64,000 nucleotides of DNA from a virus. Taxonomy: Duplodnaviria > Caudoviricetes. The DNA lies in the IMG/VR virus record IMGVR_UViG_3300012983_000039, positions 27,306 to 91,305 of that record, one strand, 5' to 3'. Below the pieces are notes generated by a model. It searched no databases, was not told the origin of the DNA, and saw only the letters and a list, made by a program, of their open reading frames with translations. Shown one piece after another: positions 30,701 through 41,189 of the stretch (the first letter of the stretch is position 1; every line of letters starts with the position of its first letter). Both the position numbers and the translations under genes were made by a program.

Positions 30701-33700
30701 CCCAATAAGAAAGAACTTTCTTGGGCAGTTAAATTTTTATCTTGAATAAATCCTTCTAATGCTTTTCCATATTCTTCTCTTAAAGTTTCCGGCATAGCAT
30801 CAATAGCATTTTTAAAAATTGTTAATTGTTCTGTTGTCCAATTTTCAAAAAACTTTTTGCTATTTTCTTTAGAACGATTATCTTCAAAAGATATTGGACC
30901 ATTCATATCTGGATAGAGATATTGATACAATCCATTTTTTCTTGTTCCATTTTCTTGTAAAACACCAAAGAATATAGTATCCCAATTCTTTACTTGTTCT
31001 TCTATATAAGTTTTGGCATTATCTTCGTTTTCTGTTCCGGCAAAAGTTTTGAGGAAAGTTTGTCCTATTTGTCCTTCTAAATCAGCTTTTGTATAAGTTG
31101 GTAATTTTTCCGCAAATTCAGTTATAGTTAAACGTTGGAGAGGATTAAGTGCTTCAATTAATTCTTGTCCTTCTTTTGATTTATAATATGCCTCAGCCGC
31201 AGATTTATAATCCGATTGGAGTTTTTCGATATCCTTTTTAGCTTTTCTCTTCTTTTCGTAAGTTTCAGCTTCGTAGCCGGCATATCCAAGAATTTCTCGT
31301 TGTTCTGTAGTTAAATCTGAATACGCTAAAAGATTATTGCCCCATCCATTTGTACTTATTTTTCCTAAATGTTTACCTTTAATCTCATTGTCTGCCGCCT
31401 CAGATATAACAAAATTAACTATTTCTTCTTGGGCATCTGTAAGACTTGTTAAAGCAGTAGCAAGCGCCGCCTTTTTTAAAGCTTCAAATTCTTTTGTTTC
31501 TATTTCCGTCTGTTTTTCATTTCTCTTAATTTCATCTTCTACGTATCCATTAGCTGCTCGCCAACCCTCGTGTCCGGGGTCATCAATTTTATAAAGGAGG
31601 TCAATCCAACCTTCTTTATTGAGATTTTCGAGATTGTCTACTCCAAAATAGCTGGCAATTTTTTCTACTTCTTCTTTATTAATTTTTTGTAAAGCAAAAC
31701 CTAAAGTCCACGCATCATTTTCCAACATCATTCTTATTTCTGGAATAGAAGAGTCAGATGTAAAGTCTAAATTATTTAGTTTTTTAATATCTTTATTCCT
31801 ATTTTCTTTTTCTAATTTAGCTACTTCAATTTCTTTATCATATATTGTAGAAGTAGTAATAAAACTTTCTAAAGCTTTTTCTTTAGCCAACTGTTTAGAA
31901 GATTTAAGAATTTGTTCCCACAAATCAGTTTGAATTTGAAGTTCTCCAGTCATTTCATTATAATAATTAACGATTTCTGGATACTCGTCTTTTATTTCTT
32001 TAATTAAATCATTATATCTTTCTTGTTCTTCAGAACTTAAAACTTGTTTACTATTTAACTCATTAAATTCTTTCTTAAGTTCTTCTGCCTTTTCTATAGC
32101 TTCTTTTTCTGTTTTAATTAAATTCTCAAGCTCATTTTTCTTTGAAGTTAGTTCTTCAATTTCTTTATTAAGTTGATTAATTTGACGATTAAGTTTGCCT
32201 ATTTGCATCTCCTTAATCGCATTAGATGCGGCTTTGATACCAGCAGCTAAAGCACCGATGGCTAAGCTAATTCCCATAGCTACGCCGCCAGCCTTTAAGC
32301 TTGAGAATAAAGCTGTCAACTTACTAGATGAAGCATCTAATACTGTTTTGAAAGTATTAACAATTTGTGGAACGCTAGAGACCAATCCAGTTATGATTGT
32401 ATCTTTTAATACTTCCCCCGGATTATTTCTCAATACATAAGAAGTAATAGCACTAGTTAACCCCATAGAGAAAGAAGTTCCAACAGCAACACCCATGGCT
32501 GAATAGTTGGCTTTCTTAACAAGATCTTTTGAAAGGTCTTTTGATTGTAATTTAAGGGCTTCTTCATAACTTTCTGGAGTATAGCCTCTTTTTGCTAAAA
32601 ATCTAGCCAAATGATTATTTACATAATCAGAAGATTTGTTTAAAGATTGAAGTTTTTGTGAAAGAGCTGTATATTCAATAGAAACTTTTCTTATATCGGC
32701 AATAGGTCTTGTGATATCAATTGCCATAGTCATTGGTGTTCCTATTAAATTACGAGCCTCTATTATCTTATTATTTACTGCTTGAATTTGTGCTTCTATT
32801 TCTTGTGTTGATAAATTTAAATTAGTATTAATACCTAAAAATGAACCAAGTTTAGTTTGAGAAACTTTTTTCATTATAATATTGCGTAAAGTTGTAAAAG
32901 CTCCTAATACTGTTGAAGAGGCATCTCTCATTCCTTTTGCGAACTGTGTAATCGCAGTTCTTCCTAAAGTAAACCACATTACCGCAAAGCCAGTAAAATT
33001 AAGTCCACTTAAATCACCGAGTTTATTTACAAGATTATCCAAGAAAACAAGAACATCTTTGTAAACTTCACTATTGAGAAAGCTTGTTCTTAATTGTTCC
33101 CAACTATTTTTTAACTGGTTTAATCTAAATTCAACAGTATCTTGATATTTTACGAATTGTTGTTCTGCCTTTCCTGAAGCTTCGCTCGCAACTTCAATTA
33201 ATTCAGTTGTTCTTTCGTAGTTATCCATTAAGGCAAGAAATCTACTTTGCTCGTTTATCCAAATAAGTTTCCCTATTTGACAGACTATATCTTCACTAAA
33301 AAGTGTCTGGCACTTCGAGAATTTAACTTCTCTACAATTAGTCGTTGAACCTTATACTTAATCTTCAATATTTTTCCAATAAAAGCCGCAACTACAATAA
33401 CCTTTTTTTATTGCCGCTTGAATAGACTGTGGCTTTACTCCCATATGTCTCGCCGCATCAGCATTATTTTCAAATATTTGAATTAGATTTCCTTCTTTAT
33501 CATAACAAGCAGTTCTTTTAAATTTAAAAGTTTTAGTTTCATAAATAGCTTTTAAAACATTTTCTTGGTTTGTAATATTTTCTAAATTACTAAGTCTATT
33601 ATCAAGTTTATTACCATTAATATGATTAATAATTTTTTGTTCAGTTCCAACCCAAGTTTCCCAAACTAATTTATGTCCTCTCAAACTATGGCTTTTGTTA

Positions 33701-36700
33701 TCAAAAGTTAAGTTAAACTCTCGATAACCAGCATCGGTTATTTTCCCTTTTAGCATTTTTTCTGTTTTAGCATTTTTTACTCGTCCTAAATTAGAAACCA
33801 TATAAACAGTATTTCTAAAAGTTCTCCATTCTTCCTGAGATAAATCATAATCAAGATAATCTGTATGGTCTTTAAAATTTAATTTTTTGTTAATTTTTAA
33901 ATTATTTTCCGATGGACTTACCCATTGTAAATTTTCAATTTTATTATTAAGTCTATTTCCGTCTATATGATGAACATATTCTAAATTTTTAGGATTTTCA
34001 ATAAAAGCTTCAGCAATTAATCTATGTTGACTTCGAGCATATTTTTTATTCTTCCATCTTAAGTCAAACCATCTATATCCATTTCTAATAGTGCCTTTGT
34101 AATATCTTCCGGTTTTTTCATTCATTACTCTACCATCATCATAAATTCTATATGTTGTTTCCTGCTGTTCAATAAAAATTTTTTTATACATATTCTCACC
34201 TCTCTTAAAAAGAGGAAATCTAATATAAGTATCTTGGCTGCGGATTACCCAATCTTTTCTCTTTTTACCATACCGAAGTAATTACTTTCGCCATATAATA
34301 TGTTGCCATTTATATTTGGTAAGAAAAGCTCTAAGGAAGTCCCCGCAATTCACCAGATTTTTGTTTTCTTGTATTATTAGGCTACAAGAGGTAGTGGGTT
34401 AGCATTTAGCCTACTACCTGCCGATTGAGTGGCAATGTATCTTTGAGCGTTTCGGGACAATTTAGACCAGTTCTTATTTAATTCAATAAATACATCGTCC
34501 AAATCTCGGAATTGTCCATTAGTATCTTTCAATTGAATTCCGACAGATTTTAAAGCTTCGTCTACTCGGTTGTAGTCCATTGCTTCAATTTCTTCTTCAC
34601 TTAAATCAGATACATTTTCTTTAAGCTCTGTGAATCTCAAATTTTGTTACGATCATTCGCTACATGACCTCTTAATATTTCTATTAAGTTCAGACTATAT
34701 CTTCATCTTTCGATGTTGGGCACTTCGAAACGCTTGTTTCTACATAATAGTCGTTGAACCTTGAGGATAAAAATTCGGGAATATTTTTTAAATCCCAATA
34801 AGGAATTTCTATTAAGATAATATTATTAGCCTCGCAAAAATCTCTTTTCTTCTTATCTCTTGTAATTTTAGTTGACTTGGGCATTTTATCCTCCTTGGCT
34901 GCTGATTGTCCATTAAATCAAACTTAGGTATATATTTTCCATGTTATATTTACGATATAATTTAGGAAAATGATGTTCTTCCATATTCTATCCCCTTATT
35001 TATTTCTACTTTCGCAACCTTTTCTTTTATTATATCATTTTTTTAGATAAAAGTCAAAGGTATAAGGGGCTTTAGGATGTCCCAGCAATTCACCCAATTT
35101 TGCATCGCCAAATTCACATCTCAGCGATTATACTTTTCATCGCAGTTCCTAGGTTTTCTGGAGCCTCCTGAGTTGTTTCAATCATTTGAGTAAGGAAAGC
35201 TGCGGTATTTTCAAAGGACATACCAGCTGAATAAGCAATTGATGATGTTTTACTCATAGCGTAAGCTATACCTTGAACATCCGCTGCCGCCTTAGCTGCG
35301 AGTTCTGAGTAAACGTCGGTAACTCTCTGTCCTTCGTCCATTTCAAGTTTAAATCCTCTTAAAGCAGAGGTCATTTGTGAAGTTGCTTCTTTAAAGTCTA
35401 GTCCGGCTAAAGTAGCCAATTTCATTGTTTCTTCTGTAAGTTTAAAAGTTTCATCTATTTCCAAGCCCTGTTGAACGTAAAGTCCAGATGCTTGAATAAC
35501 AGAAATTGTGGTTTGTCCAAGACGATTAGCTATCTCAGCATATCGGTCATATCTATTCCACATATCTTTGATTGTTAAATCGGTTACCATCGCTACTTGA
35601 GCAAAAGCTTTATCAAGTGTCTGTATATCATTAAAAGTTGAAGTAATAACTCTTCTTAACAACCTAAATCCATTAGCCAAAGATAAAGTATATTCAGCAT
35701 AACGTTTTAAATAAGAAAAACTATTATCTAAATCTCTTTGCTTGTTAACCAAGTCAGAAGTTTCTCTATTTAATAAAGTTGTGCTTTCTCTTTGTGTATT
35801 AATTAAATTGTCAATACTTCTTAAACTGTTCTGTTCTCTATTTAATAAAGCTAGAATACCTTTGATTTGCTGACTTGTCTGATTTACATTGTTATTTTCT
35901 CTTTCAACTTTTTGTTGCTGTTGATTTACTAGATTAAAAGCATTTAAAATTTCTGGGGAATTTAAAATCTGTTCTCTACTAATTCTTTTATCTTGGGCTT
36001 TTGTTAAACTACCTTTTGCGGCACTTAAACTTGCTTTAAGACCATCTAAATCTTGTTTAGCTCCACTGATTGCCGCCTTCACTGTTTTAAATTGGTTTGC
36101 CATATTGGCGGTTAAACCTTTTTCATTTTTTATTTCAATATTCATTTTCTTTAAAGCTTCGGTAAAGTTCTTATAAGCTATAGTAGCATCTTTAACTTGT
36201 TTACCTTGAGCATCAAAGAAACTGTCAGCATAGGCTAATTTAACTTGTTCAAGTTGCTGAGTAGTTATATTTTCTCCAGTGGTGGTATTCCTAAAACTTG
36301 TAGTTTTATAGTTATTTAAAGGTAAAATTTGTTTACGTCTTTCAGACAACTCTTTCTTAGCCAAATCATAAGATTGTTGTTTTCTTGCTACTTCGGCATC
36401 TAAGCCGGCAAGAATTTTAGATTGAACTTCTTTTAAAGACTTCGCATCTACAATTTGTTTAGCATAGGTTTCTCTTGTTTCCCGAGAAACCTTTTGTTGT
36501 GCTAAAAAATTTTTAATTTGTTCTTTTTGTTCATCCTTGGTTTTCTTTAATAATCGTTCTTGTTCTTTTAAAGCTGTGTTTGCCTTGTCTAAATCGTTTT
36601 CTAAATTCTTCGTGTTTAAATCTTGTAATTTTAAAGAAATTTTAGAAAGGTTAGAAAAGAGTTTATCAACTTCTTTTTCATAGTTAGTAAAATCTTGCGG

Positions 36701-36910
36701 TTTAACTATACCTTTTTCTCTCATTTCCTTTATTGTTGCGTAAAGATTGTTAACTCGGCGAATTTCATCTCCAATAGCAAACGTAGAAACTTTTTGCTTA
36801 CTTTCTTTATCAATTCGACTTCTTATTTCTTCTAAGCTTTTAATTATGTTAGAAACATCTAACTCACCTTTATAAGAAATCGTTCTTGAAAATTTTTCAC
36901 TTTTTGCCAT
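27748..36910 (-). CDS. Tape measure protein, ~2506 aa; join(complement(35123..36910,34409..34637,27748..33251))
   Basis: TP901-type TMP core (ETTQEAPENLGTAMKSIIA|RFTELK; AGSRQ|QSRFLALMDNY), long coiled coils, C-terminal YKNGGLVDYTGPAWVDG..PE. Confidence 0.9.
33252..34408 (-). ncRNA. Group I intron 2 in TMP gene, carrying an HNH endonuclease
   Basis: Terminal G at 33252; P7 elements (~33283, ~33340); long P1; split codon C|AG restores SRQQSRF. Confidence 0.85.
33358..34191 (-). CDS. Intron-encoded HNH homing endonuclease with two NUMOD4-HNH units and a C-terminal NUMOD1-like HTH
   Basis: HRLIA...VHHIDGNRLNN..NLQW and HKLVW...INHINGNKLDN..NLE. Confidence 0.9.
   Translation of the reverse strand: MYKKIFIEQQETTYRIYDDGRVMNEKTGRYYKGTIRNGYRWFDLRWKNKKYARSQHRLIAEAFIENPKNLEYVHHIDGNRLNNKIENLQWVSPSENNLKINKKLNFKDHTDYLDYDLSQEEWRTFRNTVYMVSNLGRVKNAKTEKMLKGKITDAGYREFNLTFDNKSHSLRGHKLVWETWVGTEQKIINHINGNKLDNRLSNLENITNQENVLKAIYETKTFKFKRTACYDKEGNLIQIFENNADAARHMGVKPQSIQAAIKKGYCSCGFYWKNIED
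34690..34884 (-). pseudogene. Internally deleted endonuclease remnant (Vsr/DUF559-like C-terminus) in TMP intron 1
   Basis: AGGAGG RBS, then MPKSTK fused to RDKKKRDFCEANNIILIEIPYWD. Confidence 0.65.
35029..35057 (-). promoter_or_regulatory. sigmaA promoter inside TMP intron 1
   Basis: Minus-strand TTGACT-17-TATAAT with TG extension, upstream of the endonuclease remnant. Confidence 0.7.
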
Positions 36911-36920
36911 CTTCTCACCT

Positions 36921-38930
36921 CTAAGTTTTAATTTTTATTCCATTAAAACGAACTCTCATGTTTCCCATTAAATTTTCACTAATAATACTAGGATAGGTTT
37001 CATTATCTGAATTTTCAAAAAATCTAGCTCTAGCATAAATCAGTTTACCATAAGTAGTTCTATTTTTCTTGTAAGCTTTTGGCTGTTCTGGAGTATTTAC
37101 AATTGTATAATCAATTCCCTTTTCATATTCAGAAGTTTCTTGATATAAAGGGAAACTACCATTTATTTCAAATATTTTTTGTTTTCGAGCATTAATAGTT
37201 AATTCAATAGCCTGTTCAAGAAAGATCGCTAACAGCAACGAAGCCGGCACAACCCTATTGTTAACATAATAAAAACTATTAGCAACTGTTTTTTCACCTA
37301 TATCAGATTTTAAATCGTTAATTCTTATAAATTGCTCAAAATGAACATATAAAAATTGAGTTAAATCTTCTAAAGAAAAATTAAGTCCATATTTGTCTTT
37401 TGCTAATTCTCTATTGGCTATTAAAAATTTCATTACTTTTAAATCGTTTGAAGTGATATAACGTTCAATTAAGTTATTGCCTAAACCAATTTCAGTTCCT
37501 TGATATAAAGAAACTGTTTTTGAAGAAGTATAGTTTTTAACCTGTATTCCTACTAAATCGGTTTTAACAACTTTATTACCATCTTTTTTATAAACTTCAA
37601 GCTGAATATCTGTAGCAACCTTTTGCCCCAATTTATTTTTTTCGCCACCAGTTATATAGGCTTTATTATCTCCAGAAGAGAAAGCAAAGGCAGCGCCTAT
37701 CTCACCAAGCAAACCACTAATATTAGATTTAGCGAACAAAGAAAAATTCCTTAGTTTATCTTGGTCATTATAGCCTTTTAAAGAATAAGCTGTTCTTAAA
37801 ACTTTTATTAATTGACTTCTCTTCTTTTTTATATAGGTCGCGGCTTGTGGTTCATTATAAGAACTTCCATAAATTTGAATTTGATTTATTAAGAAATCCG
37901 CAAATTTTTCTACGAAATCGTCAAATGCTAAATTTGTATTAAATTCTCCATAAGGGTCATTAGAACCTGCTTCTGGTGGTAAATAGATTTCAGAAAGAAC
38001 CTGAGTTCCATAGGGAGTTTCTTGAATTTTTTTACCAATTACCAAAGCGCCGCCTAAGTAAGTTCCTTTAGGTTGTAGACCCTTTTGTAGATTTCGGGAA
38101 AAATTTTTTTCAAATTCACGATACAATTCCTTATAAAATCCCTTTACTAAAGTTTCGTTTGAAATATTCATTAACTTTTCTGTTCTTACTTTAGTTGTTT
38201 TAATTCCCATTAAACCCGTCTTTTTAAAGCGGGAGTCTATAACTTGAGCAATAATAGCATCAACTTTTTTTATTGTTTCGTTATCAAGAGTTGATATAAA
38301 ATTTTTGTTATTTCCATCTGCGTTTTCATTTAGCATATCAATTATATCATTGATAACTAATTCTCTGACTGGTTTATAACGCTCAGAACGCTTAATGTTT
38401 TTCGCCGGAGACATTGCCCTACTTAAACCTCTTGTTGCTTTCTTTTTACCCTTTAAACGATTTTGATTACCATAGCCTGTAAAGGTAAAAGTTGTGGTTG
38501 ATTTTGAGACAATTAAGTCTAAAAATGCGGCATCATTAAGAACTTTTAAAAAAGAAAATTTTCCAGCTTCCCGTTCTACAAAAAATTTAGTCATTTCATC
38601 ACTAAGTTTTTCACTTTTTGCTTTAAAATCAGCAATATTATTTTTATTAACCTGTTTAGGATAATTAATATTAATTTGTTCATAAAGAATGCTTTCATTT
38701 TTTAAACTTCTATTAGTCATCTGAACCATTCTATTAATAAACTCTGAGTTTAAAACTGGGTCATCACCTAATTTTAAACTATTCATATAATTAACAGCTG
38801 TTTTAAGTTCCTTTTCTATTTTTCCCCTTCTATCAGTATAATCAATTTCTGGACTTTGAATAAAAGCATAACCGTCATAATACTGATATTTAAACTTCCC
38901 TCTAGTTGCTAAGTTAGCGATAAGCCTCAC
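36921..38930 (-). CDS. Large basic hypothetical protein with a PD-(D/E)xK-like motif
   Basis: SGLLGEIG...ATDIQ...GIQVKNY. Confidence 0.55.
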   Translation of the reverse strand: MRLIANLATRGKFKYQYYDGYAFIQSPEIDYTDRRGKIEKELKTAVNYMNSLKLGDDPVLNSEFINRMVQMTNRSLKNESILYEQININYPKQVNKNNIADFKAKSEKLSDEMTKFFVEREAGKFSFLKVLNDAAFLDLIVSKSTTTFTFTGYGNQNRLKGKKKATRGLSRAMSPAKNIKRSERYKPVRELVINDIIDMLNENADGNNKNFISTLDNETIKKVDAIIAQVIDSRFKKTGLMGIKTTKVRTEKLMNISNETLVKGFYKELYREFEKNFSRNLQKGLQPKGTYLGGALVIGKKIQETPYGTQVLSEIYLPPEAGSNDPYGEFNTNLAFDDFVEKFADFLINQIQIYGSSYNEPQAATYIKKKRSQLIKVLRTAYSLKGYNDQDKLRNFSLFAKSNISGLLGEIGAAFAFSSGDNKAYITGGEKNKLGQKVATDIQLEVYKKDGNKVVKTDLVGIQVKNYTSSKTVSLYQGTEIGLGNNLIERYITSNDLKVMKFLIANRELAKDKYGLNFSLEDLTQFLYVHFEQFIRINDLKSDIGEKTVANSFYYVNNRVVPASLLLAIFLEQAIELTINARKQKIFEINGSFPLYQETSEYEKGIDYTIVNTPEQPKAYKKNRTTYGKLIYARARFFENSDNETYPSIISENLMGNMRVRFNGIKIKT

Positions 38931-38933
38931 CTC

Positions 38934-39836
38934 CTATAAATAATCTCCTGTTAACTCTTTATCTAAAAAAGAGATCTTACAAACTAATTGTTTTTCTCTT
39001 CTCGTATTTTCATCAGGATATCCTGTAAAAAAGAAATCACTTATAACAGACTCCTCATAGTTTTTCCCAAGTCTTATTGATAAACTAGAAGAAATTTTAA
39101 TTTTTGGAATTTCGATTAAAACAGTAGATACTTCTCCTGTTCTTTCATTTTTAGAAGTCATTTTTCCGGTTAAGTGGAGATAGTTATTAAACAGACGTTC
39201 TCCTATATTTATTGTTTTTATAGAACCTTTATAATCAGTAGTATAATCTACATATATATTTCTATACGATGTGGCAAAATATACTCGATTGTTAATAATT
39301 TTAAAATCTTCTATTCGTTTACCATTATCTTCGTTATAAATAAAAAAGAATTTGTCTTTTTTAGGTGGTAAAGGTTTTAAAGGTAATTCTGGTCGCCGCC
39401 CCATAGGCAATGGCTCATTATCTGGATTTCCTTGAACTCCGATAAGACAACCACAATAATTAGGGAGGAACTTTAAATCTACATAACAATATTCATCATC
39501 TTCAATTGTTTTAAGTCTTTCGCAATAACAAATTGATTTAACATCATAGTTATCAGCTTTAGAATTTGAAAGTAAACTCCAACTAATTGGAGATAAAACT
39601 CCGTTCGTTATAGCAAAGTTAATCTCTTTATCGGTTTCCCAATCTATTAAAGGGTTATTGTGATATCCACCTCTGGCTTGAACAGTATTTTTTATTTCAT
39701 TTAAATTAGCCAATTCAGCAGTATTAAATTTTAAAATCGATTCATTTACGTCATAGTGCCGCCCACATATATCTATAGGTTTTGTTAACCTTAGGTCAAC
39801 ATCGTATAGTTCCTTTATTCCATAAAAATCTTCCAT
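38934..39836 (-). CDS. Tail-tube-like paralogue 5 (diverged)
   Basis: FYGIKELYDV; ARGGYHN..LI.WE..KEI; IEIPKIKI. Confidence 0.6.
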   Translation of the reverse strand: MEDFYGIKELYDVDLRLTKPIDICGRHYDVNESILKFNTAELANLNEIKNTVQARGGYHNNPLIDWETDKEINFAITNGVLSPISWSLLSNSKADNYDVKSICYCERLKTIEDDEYCYVDLKFLPNYCGCLIGVQGNPDNEPLPMGRRPELPLKPLPPKKDKFFFIYNEDNGKRIEDFKIINNRVYFATSYRNIYVDYTTDYKGSIKTINIGERLFNNYLHLTGKMTSKNERTGEVSTVLIEIPKIKISSSLSIRLGKNYEESVISDFFFTGYPDENTRREKQLVCKISFLDKELTGDYL

Positions 39837-39891
39837 CGTTATTATTCACCTCCGCTAAAATAAAGTGAATTGTTATTGTTTCATATATAAT

Positions 39892-39918
39892 AAAAAGAGA
39901 TGAATAGCTCATCTCTTT
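39892..39918 (-). terminator. Terminator hairpin
   Basis: AAAGAGATGA/TCATCTCTTT stem with A-tract on the + strand. Confidence 0.65.
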
Positions 39919-41188
39919 AGTATATTTCTAAATTGTCAATTACTTCTAAAGTTTCTATTTTTTCAAGTGGAGTATAATTATTTTTAATAGAGATAGGTAA
40001 GATAGTTGTGCCGCCATATAATAAATCTTCTTCTATATTAAATTGTTTTAATTCTAAACTAGGAAGATTTTTTAAGGTTAAAGCTTTTATTTTTAAATCA
40101 AAAACCGTAGGGTCTCCCTCAGCTTCTAAAGTTATTTTTGCCTCTGGTGATACGACTGCCTCATTAATAATAAATTGATAACGCTCATCTTTTTGAGTCT
40201 TTTCATTTCTTATAAAAGTTTCTCCAACTATCTGATATTTACCAGAAAATGTCTGAGGATTAATTGTCAAAATCTTTCCTAATACACTATCATCTTCTTC
40301 GGTTTTTTCTTTAACTGTTCTGCTCCATTTATAGTAAAAAGTTCCTTTTCTGAGAACCACTTCATCTTCCGTATCTTGTGGTAAAAAAGGCATTAAAGTT
40401 TTTACATCATAAAAGATAACAAAAGAAGATTGTTCATTTAAATAATATTTTTTTAAATTTTCTTTTTGTTCCGTAAGTGATATAGGTTGTCCATCTTCCT
40501 TTTCTACAATACATTTTTCCATTCTATCAATAACTTCACAGTCTTTTAAATCTGTAGAAAAATAACCTAAATCTTTTATTGAAGTTATATAAGAAATAAT
40601 CCGAGAAAATACGGAGGGCGGCACAACATAATCTTCTTTGCTTAATCTTTTATAATATTTATGTAGAAATTTTTCTCTATTTTCATTTATGAAAGGTTCA
40701 TCTACATTTAAAGTATAAAGATAACGACTCCCCTCATGTTCAACATCTTCTGCCTCTATTTGTTCTTCTTCTAACGCCCTATATAAAATTGCCTTCTCAT
40801 TGTCTGTTAGAATAGGAGACGGATAAGCCATTACTGAATAATTTTTTGAGAAATATTTGTTAGTGATTTTACATTTAAGGAAAGTTGAAATATAATCTGA
40901 AACTAAAAAACTTAACTCGCCGCCCCACATTAAGCTCATACTCATTGGAGAGAATAAAGCGTCTTGTAATTCTAAATTAATATCTTTTTTAAAATTCCAA
41001 CTAATAACTCTATTATTCCCTTTACCACCAAAATGTTCTACTGTTTCGGCTTGTTCTTCTAAACTCGAAATTTTTAAGGTATCTAAAAAAAGAACTGGAA
41101 TATAAAACTTTTCATCTTCTATTTGGGTTATCGAATAGAAAACTACATCAGCTACTTCTTTTATTCCATATTTCTGAAATAAATTCAT
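39917..41188 (-). CDS. Tail-tube-like paralogue 4
   Basis: FQKYGIKEVADV, PVLFLDTLKIS, GGKGN, LQDALFSP, FSGKYQIVGET, LEAEGDPTVF. Confidence 0.7.
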   Translation of the reverse strand: MNLFQKYGIKEVADVVFYSITQIEDEKFYIPVLFLDTLKISSLEEQAETVEHFGGKGNNRVISWNFKKDINLELQDALFSPMSMSLMWGGELSFLVSDYISTFLKCKITNKYFSKNYSVMAYPSPILTDNEKAILYRALEEEQIEAEDVEHEGSRYLYTLNVDEPFINENREKFLHKYYKRLSKEDYVVPPSVFSRIISYITSIKDLGYFSTDLKDCEVIDRMEKCIVEKEDGQPISLTEQKENLKKYYLNEQSSFVIFYDVKTLMPFLPQDTEDEVVLRKGTFYYKWSRTVKEKTEEDDSVLGKILTINPQTFSGKYQIVGETFIRNEKTQKDERYQFIINEAVVSPEAKITLEAEGDPTVFDLKIKALTLKNLPSLELKQFNIEEDLLYGGTTILPISIKNNYTPLEKIETLEVIDNLEIY

Positions 41189-41189
41189 T

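Larger units (their letters stand above)
34638..35122 (-). ncRNA. Group I intron 1 in TMP gene
   Basis: P1 ATCGCT/GGCGAT with U.G at 35123; terminal G at 34638; P7 elements; restores IIA|RFTELK. Confidence 0.88.
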
